From Eledone cirrhosa (lineage: Eukaryota), in the NCBI GenBank assembly GCA_964016885.1, contig OZ024741.1:269204001-269268000 (forward strand): 64,000 bases of DNA. Reading direction: 5' to 3'. Of the stretch, positions 38,240 to 60,760 are shown one piece after another. A model generated the notes under the pieces. It saw only the letters and a list, made by a program, of their open reading frames with translations, was not told the origin of the DNA and ran no database searches. A program made the translations under genes and the position numbers. Position 1 is the first letter of the stretch. The number at the start of each line of letters is the position of its first letter.

Positions 38240-39039
38240 AACGTGTGATAAACAGGTGAAACACCAGAGTAACAAGACTCACTATTCAGCCTTAATAAAA
38301 TGATTAAAACTCTTTTTCGGTATTGAGTACACCTTTCTTTCAGCCGCCAATCTCATACGGATAGATATGTATTTTCATGGATGAATTTCTTTTTCTTTCT
38401 CTCGCAATGAAGTGTGTATTTGTTATATATGTGTGTATATTTGAAAATGAGTGCGTGTGCGTACAATTGAAAATGTATTTGATAGAAAGTTTACTTGTTA
38501 AATAACAATTTGCCTACTTCTTAGACATTTCTACAAGCAGCGCTTCCATTCTATGTGAGTGTGTGGGAGTTTCTATGAATTAAATAATAACTATTAAAAC
38601 AAATAAATAAGTTATAAACTTCGGAATTAAAAACACTTCTTCGGTGTTCTTTTAAAAAGAATAACAAAGTTATTAGGCGGGGAATAAGCGGTGTCTAGGG
38701 AAAAGATATTCCTTACTAAATAAAAACCAGTAACAAAGAATTTAAATTTTTTCTCTCAAGCTGCTTGGTATAACATGAATATCGTTGCATTTTAGAAGAG
38801 CCGTATCTATCCCTCTAAAACAATTGCAATTATTATAGAGTCAGTTACTTTCACTCTGGTTCTTAATTTTTATAAACCCAGTAAGACTAAAAACAAACAA
38901 AAAACAAAACAATGTTGGCTCCACTGGGATTTGAATTCAGAACGTGAATGTTAATAAAAATTACTTTTAACGTAAGTAGAAAACAAGAAATTTTTGAGGT
39001 GGGGTATGTTAATAAATGACTGTATGTTAATAAATGACT

Positions 39040-39185
39040 AAATGACTGGTAATTTTTTTAAATGTATATCGAGGTCGGAAACAGGAAAGTAGAAGTTGAC
39101 CTCGGTGGGATTTGAACGGAAAGAACTAGAAGAAATACTGCAAATCATTTTGATCGTTGATCCCACGGTTCTGCTAATCCACCAA
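39040..39185 (-). mobile_element. Diverged SINE family A copy
   Basis: gttgacctcggtgggatttgaac...ctgctaatccacc. Confidence 0.5.
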
Positions 39186-39726
39186 TAATAAAGATTTCTT
39201 TATTAGCCACGCAGGGCTTACACGAAGAAAAAGATTAAGGATGGTACAGACAGAACATGACGGAAAATAGTGTGGGTTTTAGAGTGTAAAATATTGATAT
39301 AACGAGATATAGAAAACAGGTTCAAACATCGTAAATTCCCTAATATGCGTGAGCTGGGGGGGGGGGGGGGGCCGAGGGTCAGGCATGGAGAAAGCCCACA
39401 AATGAAACCTGAAAAAGTCAATCAGAGCTTCGTCGAAGAGGAAAGTGCTGGTCTTCAGCTCTTGTAGACGTGTCCACCATACGACCTTTTTCGCCATGGC
39501 CACAAGGCAGTTAAAAACGGTCTGCCCTTCCCGATTACAGGAAAGCAGTGGGGCAATCTTCTCGATGGACTGAACTGATAGCTGGATCCGTCCTACAGGT
39601 GACAGCAGGTGTTCGACATAAACTCACAAGTCAGCAATGTTCAGACACTGGACGAGTACGTGTAGGACGATTTCGTCACCCTGCACACGGGCCCAGCTGA
39701 CGGCACTCCCATGCCTGTAGAGTTTA
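39186..39726 (-). mobile_element. Tx1-like LINE 3' fragment
   Basis: AMAKKVVWWTRL...FFRFHL and tail gatttctttattagccacgcaggg, homologous to 5911-6660. Confidence 0.8.
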
Positions 39727-39737
39727 TTAATTCGCCA

Positions 39738-40140
39738 CTAATAATTGTTTCTACTTTTGGCACAAGGCCACTAATTACCCCAGTGCATTACTGGTACTTT
39801 ATTTTATCGACCCCATAAGGATGAAAGGCAAAGTTAACCTCGGCGGGATTTGAATTCAGACCGAAAAGGGACGTAACTCTATGCTGCAAAGCATGGCGCC
39901 CGACTTTCTATCGATACTGCCAATGGTTTCTGATTTAGACACGAAACCAGCAATTTTGGGGAGGGCAAAGTCGATTAAATCGACGTCTGTGTATTACTGG
40001 TACTTTATTTTATCGACCCCGTAAGGATGAAAGGTAAAGCTAGCCTCGGCGGAATTTGAACTCAGAATGTAAAGGGCCGTAACTCTATGCCACGAAGCTG
40101 GGTGTCCGATGTTCTACCGATTATACCAATCCACCGCCTT
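39738..40140 (-). mobile_element. Two tandem SINE family A copies
   Basis: 39738-39925 and 39925-40140 each carry the core and B-box. Confidence 0.78.
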
Positions 40141-40349
40141 TAATTTCAATAATGATATTGATAATTTTCAACTTAAGCACAAAGCCCACACCGCCCCAAA
40201 TTTACATGGAAATCGAATGATTTTATTCGATTTTTCATCATATTAATATTTCATTGATAGTTTATACCCGTTGTAAGGGGAATAACTTAGTCACTGAGAG
40301 CAATTCATGGCATTCGTATTGGTAGTGAAATAATGTATTTTTTATCTCC

Positions 40350-43605
<3,256 letters not shown>

Positions 43606-45761
43606 CTTTGATAGGTTTTGGCCAGTATTGGCCCAGGCCATGTCTAACTTAATAGCACCACCTGGCGAAGTCTTACAAATCAGTGTTTGGGCACCATGGC
43701 CCACTCGAGCAGAGAGTTATTGTTTACGGAGGCATATCCGGGTGTAAGAGGCTTATCCGGGATTTCTTGAAGGAATTTATCCAAAGACTTCTTGAACTTG
43801 ATGGGGTCTGTCTCTCCTTTGATGTGTTTAGGTGTAATGTTAAAGAGTGCAGGGCCAATTGAGGTGAAATAATTGTGTCGTATTGTTGTTATGTGATGCG
43901 AGTGGGATTTTTGTCCTGGGCGGATAGCACGGGGTCCAAGCCTTGCGTGTACACTAAAGATGATGCCAACATCATTTGGGCTAAGCTGATGGAATATTTT
44001 CCACATCATACAGATAATGTAGCGCTCACGGCGACGTTGAAGAGAATAAAGTTTGAGCTTTTCTAAACGACCCCAATAGTCAAGGCCTGTCATGCCAACT
44101 ATCTTTTTTGTAATTGACCTTTGGGGTGCTTCAACTTTCATGATACTTTGTTTCGTGTGGGGTTGACCACAGTGGACAACAGTATTCAAGGTGGGGTCAG
44201 GATAAAGTGGAGAAGAGAAGGACAACAGTGTGGATATCTCTCGACTGGAAAGTTATGAGAATCCAGGAACACATTCTGCGAGCCATATCAACTTTGCTTA
44301 TATGAGTGGCCCAGCTTATATTGTTGTCCCATGTCTCTGGTGTTATTAGAAGCCACCAGAGTTTCACCCGAAGGAAAAGAGTATGGTAGTTTCAGAGCAT
44401 CCTTTTTTCCAAAGTGGATTAGTTCAAATTTATCCTCATTCAACAGCATATTATTCATCTCTGCCCATTGGATAACAGCCAGTAGGTCTGACTGAAGGCA
44501 AGTCCGGTCACCCACCTCATTGATGACACTTTGGAGCTTGGAATCATCTGCGAAGATTCTGATGTTAATGTGTTTGATGATGTCAGTAATGTCGTTAATG
44601 TAGATGATGAAAAGAAGTGGGCCCAACACAGTGCCTTGTGGGACGCCACTGTAGACTTTGGCAGGGCTTGATTCTACTCTTTCGACTACAACATGCTGGG
44701 TTCTGCCTGTCAGGAAACATTTGATCCACTGTAGTAACCTTCCAGAGACACTAACATTGGATAGTTTTTTCAGTAGAATCTTATGATCAACCCTGTCGAA
44801 GGCCTTGCTGAAATCAAGGTAGATGACATCAGTGATGGAGCCCTCTATCAAGGCTCTCAAAACATCGTCAAAGTGATGCAGGAGCTGCGTTAGACAGTCC
44901 CTTCCATTACGGAACCCATGTTGGTTGGAGTTCAGCAGGCCGCTGCTTTCAAGAAAGTGGGTTATTCGTGATCTCACCACCCTCTCAAATACCTTGATAA
45001 TATGAGAGGTGAGTGAGATCGGATGGTAGTTCACTGCAAGGGACTTATTTCCCTTTTTGAAGACTGGGACAACGGACTGGGACAGAAAGTTTTCAGGAAT
45101 ATAGCCTGTGTCCAGTGAGTTCCTCCACAGATTAGCAAAAGGAGTTGCAAGTTGGTGTCGACACACCTTCAGGACACAAGCGGGGAACCTGTCGGGGCCT
45201 ACTGCTGAATTGTGTTTAATTTCGTTTATTGCCGCTAAGACATCAGGGGCGTCAAACGTTAATTCTGATATAGTGTGTTGGGGGGTTAATATCACTAATA
45301 CGGCCCAGATCAGCCATATCAGGGTTACTGAAAACAGAGCAGTATTGTTTCTGCAGTATCTCGCCATGGTTTGGGCATTGTCCTGGAGTGTGCCATTTTC
45401 ATCAACTAGGGCGCCAACAGTGGTGACGGTGACCTTGTATTTTTTTAGCGAATGAGAAGAACACTTTGGGGTTGAGTTTTATTTTCTCAATGGCCCACCT
45501 CTCTTCAGCTATTCTCTGGTTATTGATGATGGTCATCATGCATTGCTGGAGGTTATATTTTTTTTACTCAAGCAGGGTGATAGCCATTGAATGTGTGTGT
45601 TGCTGTTGGCAGTATTTTAGTGTGTTAATTTTTTTGTTTGTTCTTTTTATTTTTCGCATAATTTTTTTTCTGTTTTGGGGGATACTGCACTTGGTTTTGT
45701 TCACAGGTTTTGGTGGGGTGTGTTTTGTACATATATTTGTGACAGTGTCTACAAAGATCTG

Positions 45762-45765
<4 letters not shown>
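43606..45765 (-). mobile_element. CR1-clade LINE, 5'-truncated RT region between TA tracts
   Basis: ORF 44288-45367 has PVFKKG, YLDFSKAFDRVDH, SGVPQGTVLGPLLF and FADD. ORF 43680-44225 has YWGRLEKLKLYSLQRRRER. Confidence 0.9.
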
Positions 45766-45798
<33 letters not shown>

Positions 45799-45838
45799 AA
45801 AATATATAAGATCAAAAGAGGGTTAAAAGAGTTCCATG

Positions 45839-45909
45839 TATTTTATTATGCGCATTTCAAAAACAAATATCATCATGCGATAACATTTGCGTTTTCGTCA
45901 GATAAAATA
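45839..45909 (-). ncRNA. Type I hammerhead-like motif, PLE terminal-repeat family (copy at 49644-49714)
   Basis: UAUUUUAU-CUGACGA-AAACGCAAAU..AUUUGUUUUU-GAAA-UGCGCA-UA^-AUAAAAUA. Confidence 0.65.
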
Positions 45910-46084
45910 GGGAGACATGATATGAAGGTTAAAAAACACTTGTGATTAGTGCATTGATATCTGCATTGTTTTATTGTACTACAATAAAACTCACCTCCTA
46001 CATATATATATATATGTATATATATATATGTATATATATGTATATATGTATATATATATGTATATATATGTATATATATATGTA

Positions 46085-46144
<60 letters not shown>

Positions 46145-46148
<4 letters not shown>

Positions 46149-46910
46149 TACTTGGGGAGGGTCATATTTGTGTAATATTGCCAGAATTAATAACAGAACA
46201 CACTCACTGTTTGGTTGGTTTTCGCTTCTCGCTTCTGTGTCTTTTATATCGGTAATCTAATTTATTCGGTCCTCAATGTTGCCATTGACTGACCGACGGT
46301 CAAAAATAATACAGATACAATATAGACACAAACACATATATATAGTTTATCAAAGTTCTTTCGTTGCACATCTGCAACATCGTCAGTGGTGCTATTGTTT
46401 CCTCCCGTTACATTGTATGTCTACGCCATCTTTATTTAGTCTGTTTATATATTTATTTATTTATTTGTTTGTTTGATTGTTTATTTTATTTTGTCTTTTT
46501 TGCGCATGCGTTTGCGTGTGTGTATAGTGTTTTGTTTGATGTGTGTTCGTGATTGGGTGACTGTGTATTGGTTAATGTATTCTATCTTTACTAGTGTGTG
46601 TTTATATGTGTTTGTTGTTATTGTGCTTGTGTATGTATTTATTTATTTATTTATCTTTTTATTTATACTTCTTTTAGGTCAGTGTTGTTTGTTTGGGTGT
46701 TGTTATTCCATTCATTCTTTCTGTTTAGTCTTGGCCTTCTAAGTTCTATTTCACTGGCCTCTCTGATTTGCCTATCTGCTGGGTCATTTCTATGTTTAGA
46801 TATTATTCTAATTTCTATGTTGTCTATGTTACCGTCGTGTTGTTGTCTGGCATGTTCGTATAGTACTGACCCGTTTTTTCGTCCTGACGAAAAACGGGTC
46901 AGTACTACGG
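46145..46910 (-). mobile_element. PLE 3' fragment (GIY-YIG C-terminus and UTR) capped by a hairpin; copy at 49894-50659
   Basis: [37 protein letters not shown]. Palindrome tagtactgacccgtttttt..aaaaacgggtcagtacta at 46861-46908. Confidence 0.6.
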
Positions 46911-47034
46911 GTATGTATATATATATGTATATATGTATATATATATATGTATATATATATATGTGTATATATATATATGTATATATATATATGTATATAT
47001 ATATACATATATATATATATATGCATATATATAT

Positions 47035-47094
<60 letters not shown>

Positions 47095-47129
47095 GTGTAT
47101 ATATGTATATATGTATATGTATATATATA

Positions 47130-48507
<1,378 letters not shown>

Positions 48508-48610
48508 GATTATATATGTATATATATATATGATTATATATGTATATATATATATGATTATATATGTATATATATATATGATTATATATGTATATATATA
48601 TATATATATA

Positions 48611-48898
48611 TAATATAAGATCAAAATATGGTTAAAGGAGTTCCATATATTTTATTAGGCGCATTTCAAAAACAAACATCATCAAGCAATAATATTTGTG
48701 TTTTCATCAGATAAAATAGGAGAACATGATATGTGATTTAAAACTGCACTATCAACAAGTGTTTTTTTTAGCCTTCATATCATGTTCTCCTATTTTATCT
48801 GATGAAAACACAAATATTATTGCTTGATGATGTTTGTTTTTGAAATGCGCATAATAAAATATATGGAACTCCTTTAACCATCTTTTGATCTTATATTA
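48611..48898. repeat. Fold-back of two inverted PLE terminal repeats (~120-bp arms); copy at 52362-52649
   Basis: taatataagatcaaaa...catgatatg / catatcatg...ttttgatcttatatta. Confidence 0.88.
48791..48861 (+). ncRNA. Type I hammerhead-like motif (copy 52542-52612; opposite-strand partners 48648-48718 and 52399-52469)
   Basis: UAUUUUAU-CUGAUGA-AAACACAAAU..GUUUGUUUUU-GAAA-UGCGCA-UA^-AUAAAAUA. Confidence 0.65.
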
Positions 48899-48982
48899 TG
48901 CATACTCCAGTCCCACAAACTGTAGAGTGCTTCTTATCCGATATCTGCATTGCTTTATTGTACTACAATAAAACTCACCTCC

Positions 48983-49145
<163 letters not shown>

Positions 49146-49176
49146 GTATATATATATGTATATATATATGTATATA

Positions 49177-49215
<39 letters not shown>

Positions 49216-49240
49216 ATGTATATGTATATATATATGTATA

Positions 49241-49347
<107 letters not shown>

Positions 49348-49360
49348 GTATATATATATG

Positions 49361-49399
<39 letters not shown>

Positions 49400-49406
49400 G
49401 TATATA

Positions 49407-49512
<106 letters not shown>

Positions 49513-49568
49513 TGTATATATATACATATATATGTATATATATATATATGTGTATATATATATATGTG

Positions 49569-49599
<31 letters not shown>

Positions 49600-49837
49600 G
49601 TGTAAAATATATAAGATCAAAAGAGGGTTAAAAGAGTTCCATGTATTTTATTATGCGCATTTCAAAAACAAATATCATCATGCGATAACATTTGCGTTTT
49701 CGTCAGATAAAATAGGGAGACATGATATGAAGGTTAAAAAACACTTGTGATTAGTGCATTGATATCTGCATTGTTTTATTGTACTACAATAAAACTCACC
49801 TCCTACATATATATATATATGTATATATATATATGTA

Positions 49838-49897
<60 letters not shown>

Positions 49898-50761
49898 TAC
49901 TTGGGGAGGGTCATATTTGTGTAATATTGCCAGAATTAATAACAGAACACACTCACTGTTTGGTTGGTTTTCGCTTCTCGCTTCTGTGTCTTTTATATCG
50001 GTAATCTAATTTATTCGGTCCTCAATGTTGCCATTGACTGACCGACGGTCAAAAATAATACAGATACAATATAGACACAAACACATATATATAGTTTATC
50101 AAAGTTCTTTCGTTGCACATCTGCAACATCGTCAGTGGTGCTATTGTTTCCTCCCGTTACATTGTATGTCTACGCCATCTTTATTTAGTCTGTTTATATA
50201 TTTATTTATTTATTTGTTTGTTTGATTGTTTATTTTATTTTGTCTTTTTTGCGCATGCGTTTGCGTGTGTGTATAGTGTTTTGTTTGATGTGTGTTCGTG
50301 ATTGGGTGACTGTGTATTGGTTAATGTATTCTATCTTTACTAGTGTGTGTTTATATGTGTTTGTTGTTATTGTGCTTGTGTATGTATTTATTTATTTATT
50401 TATCTTTTTATTTATACTTCTTTTAGGTCAGTGTTGTTTGTTTGGGTGTTGTTATTCCATTCATTCTTTCTGTTTAGTCTTGGCCTTCTAAGTTCTATTT
50501 CACTGGCCTCTCTGATTTGCCTATCTGCTGGGTCATTTCTATGTTTAGATATTATTCTAATTTCTATGTTGTCTATGTTACCGTCGTGTTGTTGTCTGGC
50601 ATGTTCGTATAGTACTGACCCGTTTTTTCGTCCTGACGAAAAACGGGTCAGTACTACGGGTATGTATATATATATGTATATATATATATGTGTATATATA
50701 TATATGTATATATATATATGTATATATATATACATATATATATATATATGCATATATATAT

Positions 50762-50821
<60 letters not shown>

Positions 50822-50856
50822 GTGTATATATGTATATATGTATATGTATATATATA

Positions 50857-50919
<63 letters not shown>

Positions 50920-52078
50920 TAAAATAACAGATTAAAGTTTAAGCAAAGAATCGCTGCTTTCACCCTTAACGGGATCTTCTGAAACTAACAAAGTCAATCT
51001 GTAAACGCAGAACTGGATATTTAAAAAAACGTTGCAGCCGGAGGAAGACAGGAAGACGATACTTTGGTTCGTGGTAACGTTCGCTGGCAAAGAACGGGAA
51101 AAAACGAATAATACGATTAATAGGAGCGGTGAAAAACAATTACGCGCAAAGACAGAAACACGTTTATGGTATAAAAGAGGTCGTAGACTAATGTTCTCTT
51201 AGGTGGTGCATAGAGACGTTCTCTGGCTATGAACGAAAAAACGAAGATAATAAGTCATATGTGGAGCGTGGAGAACAATAGCACGCAAAAACAAAATCAC
51301 GTAAACTAAAATTCTAACTAGGAGACCAAATGAATCTCCGCTACCGAGTTAAGAACAAAGTAAATAAATACAATACAGAAGTAATAGAAACAAATAAATA
51401 CATACACGCTAACAGATACGTACATACACAAGCATACGCAAAACCTTACCATAGGTATACAAAACCACGCACATATAAATATGTGTGTGTGTGTATGCTT
51501 GTGTACAAATAAATAAATAATTATATAAACGTATATAAGTAAATAAATACGTATATAACAAGCGCACACACATACCTACAAATAAATACACGAATGTTCG
51601 GAGACGTAAGTCAACTAAAACAAGAAGTACAGATATACACACACCCACCATACGTACGAACCTGCATACTTACGCAGACGCAAAACTCCCGTATACACAT
51701 AGCCAAACCCTAAATACCAGAATATGTAAAAATTATACGTCAAACAGTCAAATATACGTACGAGAAGGTATACATACCTTCGCAAAACATACGGGTAATA
51801 AATACTTACCTATGCAAATAAGTAAAGGAATAAACAAAACATATACTTAGCTCCCACATCAAGACGTAAAATATCCACGTATAGATCGTGCTATCCGTTA
51901 GGGTATAACGTGGGGCTGTAATACAGGAAAGTTTTGTGCAATTTATGTTTACAAGCCGAAATTGCCTCAGATTTTTTGTTTAAGATGTGGTCTGTGGCGT
52001 AGAGTATTTCCAGGGCCTCAGCGGCGCAGAGGTCACATCGAGCCGTCTTTGGATTTTAGTCTTCAATTTTATTATTAT

Positions 52079-52258
<180 letters not shown>

Positions 52259-52733
52259 GATTATATATGTATATATATATATGATTATATATGTATATAT
52301 ATATATGATTATATATGTATATATATATATGATTATATATGTATATATATATATATATATATAATATAAGATCAAAATATGGTTAAAGGAGTTCCATATA
52401 TTTTATTAGGCGCATTTCAAAAACAAACATCATCAAGCAATAATATTTGTGTTTTCATCAGATAAAATAGGAGAACATGATATGTGATTTAAAACTGCAC
52501 TATCAACAAGTGTTTTTTTTAGCCTTCATATCATGTTCTCCTATTTTATCTGATGAAAACACAAATATTATTGCTTGATGATGTTTGTTTTTGAAATGCG
52601 CATAATAAAATATATGGAACTCCTTTAACCATCTTTTGATCTTATATTATGCATACTCCAGTCCCACAAACTGTAGAGTGCTTCTTATCCGATATCTGCA
52701 TTGCTTTATTGTACTACAATAAAACTCACCTCC

Positions 52734-53898
<1,165 letters not shown>

Positions 53899-53902
<4 letters not shown>

Positions 53903-54685
53903 CAATATGTTGAAAAGGTAACACACCAGAGAGAGATATACAGTGCGCTATCAATAAAACAGGGAAAAAACCACCAGTGTATGGAATCTATAACCTATGA
54001 AGGGCAGACTATAGACACATCTATATCTCTGTGTTACCTTTTCAACATATTGTATTTTAAAGAGCTCAGGATTTCTTCTCCTTTGAGCACATTATTTCCA
54101 GGGAATGGCGAGGCTCTATGGCTCCGTTAATTTATCGTGATATTTCACTCCTTATAACAGTCTTTCCTAACCCTCTGTTTGGTTGAGCACACTTCTCTCA
54201 GTGGTTTTGGGCTGCTCTTTCTAGCAGCTCGCCCCTCAGAGGCCACTGGTTCACTGCCCTTAAACACGCTGTGACTTCTCTCTCCCACGTGTATCTGGAC
54301 AATCACTTTTAAAATTCTCTTAGTGTTGTCTGAAATGTATAGTCTTACCAACGCTGAGGAACCGAGGTTATTCCATTTCTAACAACTTACTGGCGAAACA
54401 GATCTCTTTGGATTTGTACGTGTGTTATATAGTTTTAGAGGTATTTATTTACGCTTTAATTTATATTTTTAATTATCGTGTCTATAGTCTGCCTTTCATA
54501 GGTTATAGATTCCATACACTGGTGGTTTTTTTCCCTGTTTTATTGATAGCGCACTGTATATTTCTCTCTGGTGTGTTACCTTTTCAACATATTCTATTTT
54601 ATAGAGCTCAGGATTTCTTCTCCTTTGAGCACATTATTTACAGGGAATGGCGAGGCTCTATGGCTCCGTTAATTTATCGTGATAT
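53899..54685 (+). mobile_element. Non-coding hammerhead-bearing element: 542-nt monomer plus partial repeat, with 5' inverted segment
   Basis: 54031-54143 is repeated at 54573-54685. 53900-54018 is the reverse complement of ~54478-54596. Flanked by (TA)n. Confidence 0.7.
54351..54421 (+). ncRNA. Type I hammerhead (diverged copy)
   Basis: ACG-CUGAGGA-ACC..GGC-GAAA-CAGAUC..GAUUUG-UA^-CGU. Confidence 0.6.
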
Positions 54686-54774
54686 GTATATATATATATG
54701 TATATATATATATGTATACATATATATATGTATATATATATGTATATATATATATGTATATATATATGTATATA

Positions 54775-54830
<56 letters not shown>

Positions 54831-54839
54831 TATGTAAGT

Positions 54840-55515
54840 ATTGAATGTGTGTGTGTTGTTGTTGTTGTTGTTGTTGTTGATGTGTGCTGTTGTTGATGTG
54901 TGTTGTTGTTGTTGTCTCCGTGTATGTTATTATTGTTGTGTGTGTTGTTATTGTTGTTTGTGTCTGCGTGTCTGTTGTTGTTGTTTCTGAGTATGTTATT
55001 GTTGATGTGTGTGTTGTTGTTATTGTTGTTTGTGTCTGTGTGTCTGTTGTTGTTGGGATGTGTGTTGTATATGTATGTGCGTATGTTGTTACTTTTGTTT
55101 TTGTTTTTGTTTTTGAGGCTCCAACGTAATTTTGTAAATGATTTTTCTATTTCTGACAAACATCTAATCATATTTACCTTATTGAATGTGGCATACTTAG
55201 GCGGCAGTTGTAATACAGATAATTCATCAGAGTCGACCGTAGTGTTGCCGTATATATTTGTGTTGTTGTTGTTGAATTCATCTGTTAATGAGATGTCGGC
55301 CATGTTTATACCGTCAATTTTGTCGGGATATCTATTGATATTCTTTAAAGTATCTTGATTTAGTTTTATCTGTTTAAGCCACTTTAGTTTCTTGTTAAAG
55401 TGCTTGTCACATTCTTGAACAATGTACTGTTCTTCAGGACGTATAAGGTTTATAAACCTTATACCTTAACAGATAAAACTAAATCAAGATACAATAGATA
55501 TCCCGACAAAATTTA
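54840..55515 (-). mobile_element. Probable PLE ORF N-terminal fragment with fold-back end
   Basis: [29 protein letters not shown] resembles the PLE N-terminal region. Inverted repeat between 55316-55378 and 55465-55513. Confidence 0.45.
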
Positions 55516-56148
55516 CGTATTATTTCATATGAGATATATCAAATATATCTCTTCCCAGACTGACGTCTCGTTTCATTATTCATATATATTTTTTCCCTCC
55601 GCTAGGATCTGTCTGTTTCTATCACCTTACTGCTATCCTCTTTCTATCTCCCCCTTCTCTCTCCCTGTATCTCTTACTTTCATTCACCCCGCTTGCTTGT
55701 CACCCTCTCTCGGCTGGCCTCTTCCTCACACTTTCACTCACTCACTCTCTGCTACTCCCCCTCTCTCACTTCCTCCCGTCTTACCACTCTGTTTGTTTAC
55801 ATGTCTCTCTTTCTCCACCCAATTCTTTTTATCCCAATAACTTATTTTAGTTATTGCTCGCACTGTCTTGAGGTATCTGGTCTTTAATGCGAAGAAATAC
55901 CGATGATAGCCAGAAGATCACTGATGATGGATAGTCCTGGTTTCTTGCTCTATTTTTTATTTCACTTATATATATATGTATAACCAAATGTTAATAAGGT
56001 TCATTGATTACTCAATGAATATAGTTTTACAATAGATTAAAAGCACTCAACAAAGAAGTTTTCTGGAGTTATTAATATTATTCAAAATATCAATAAATGA
56101 AGACATTCACATAATCAAAATATATTTTTCAGTACGTCCTCATCAGAT

Positions 56149-56282
56149 AAAATACATGAATTGATGTATGACATACCTCAACTGTCTTGATGGTTCAATT
56201 CCAGTCTGGATGGTTCAATTGCAAGACTGGAATTGAACCATCAAGATCGTTGAGGTATGTCATACATCAATTTTTGTATTTT
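56149..56282. repeat. Inverted repeat with ~58-bp arms
   Basis: aaaatacatgaattgatgtatgacatacctcaac.. / ..gttgaggtatgtcatacatcaatttttgtatttt. Confidence 0.85.
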
Positions 56283-57217
56283 GGTGGGGGTGATGTATGC
56301 GGCATGATATATACAAAATTTGGACTTACAAAGGATTACATGTTATAAAACAAATGCACTGAGATGAGGGACGGTGACAGGGCAAAGGTGGTTAATATTA
56401 TGTTGGGTCATGGTTATGGGGCGGCCCTCAGCCGAGTGTTTGTGCAGAAAAAGTGTTCAACAATTGTGTCTGCAATTGATAATTATGTCCGACCTATAGT
56501 TTATGGCAGATTTTAATTTAATTATCTCAGCTGCCTCGGCCAGGAATAACCTGCAGTGGTTTCTGTCACTGGGGAGTTGGGCCACGATGTCAGTGTGTAT
56601 ATACTCATGTGTATGTATACAACGTTATTGTCAGACTAAGTGTGTCTAGGTATGTATCTCCCCATTGTATTTGACACCATCAACACATCCACCGCACCAC
56701 CATAAACACCATTACCATAAACAATAACACCACACCCACACCACACACATAATCAGTCACAAATACACGCCAATCCGTCTACCGACAATCCACCACGCCC
56801 ACATCACAGCCCATCCCAGCCTGCGACCGTCACCATCATCTTATCATCACATCCACCCCCACATGCACTACAGGCGAAAACATCCCTATGATCTATTCCA
56901 CCAATCAAAACAAGCCTTATTGACCAACATATGAACTTCTGACTTTACTATATAGCATGTATTCATTTTCTACTAACATTTTAAAGGGTCCGTCGAGCTG
57001 CGGATTATAGAGTCGGGTAAGATCGATACAGATCGAACCTTGAGCTGATCAGTGGCGAAACGCGTGTCACCTACCAATAAATGTATTGAAGGAATAACCA
57101 ATCGTCCTTGTTATCTTTTCAATATAACACTCTGTATAGCTCTACACCTCGACACAGAAGTGAACCTAAACTTCGAGTGCTCACCCGGGTGAACCTACAT
57201 TAATTCCAAGTTACACT

Positions 57218-57279
<62 letters not shown>

Positions 57280-57407
57280 AATATATATATATATATATAT
57301 ATAAGGAATATATATATATATATAAGGAATATATATATATATATATAAGGAATATATATATATATATATAAGGAATATATATATATATATGTATATATAT
57401 ATAAGGA

Positions 57408-57487
<80 letters not shown>

Positions 57488-57508
57488 GTATATATATGTA
57501 TATATATA

Positions 57509-58357
<849 letters not shown>

Positions 58358-58532
58358 GTTACATATTAAAAAATTATTCCCTCGTCAGTGATTTGCCATT
58401 TCATCGCATTAAAAATCATATACGTCAGGTTGGTGCGTGCAATAACTAAAAAAAAGCTATTGGGACAAGTGAGTCGCGTAAAGCGAGTGAGACAAGTAAA
58501 CAACATACACGCACACACACACACACACACAC

Positions 58533-58575
<43 letters not shown>

Positions 58576-58659
58576 GTAGGATGTGAGTAATATTGTAGAA
58601 CAATAAAACTATGCATATATCATATAAGTACCACTCGACAGTTGGTAGAACTGGAGTAT

Positions 58660-60760
<2,101 letters not shown>

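Noticed and set aside
56112-56155. Minus-strand CUGAUGA..GAAA next to the 56149 inverted repeat
   Set aside because: Stem II is weak and the stem I partner is missing, so it was not called as a ribozyme.
57043-57075. Hammerhead-like ctgatcagtggcgaaacgcgtgtc before aataaa
   Set aside because: Core reads CUGAUCA and stems I and II do not pair convincingly; at best a decayed remnant.
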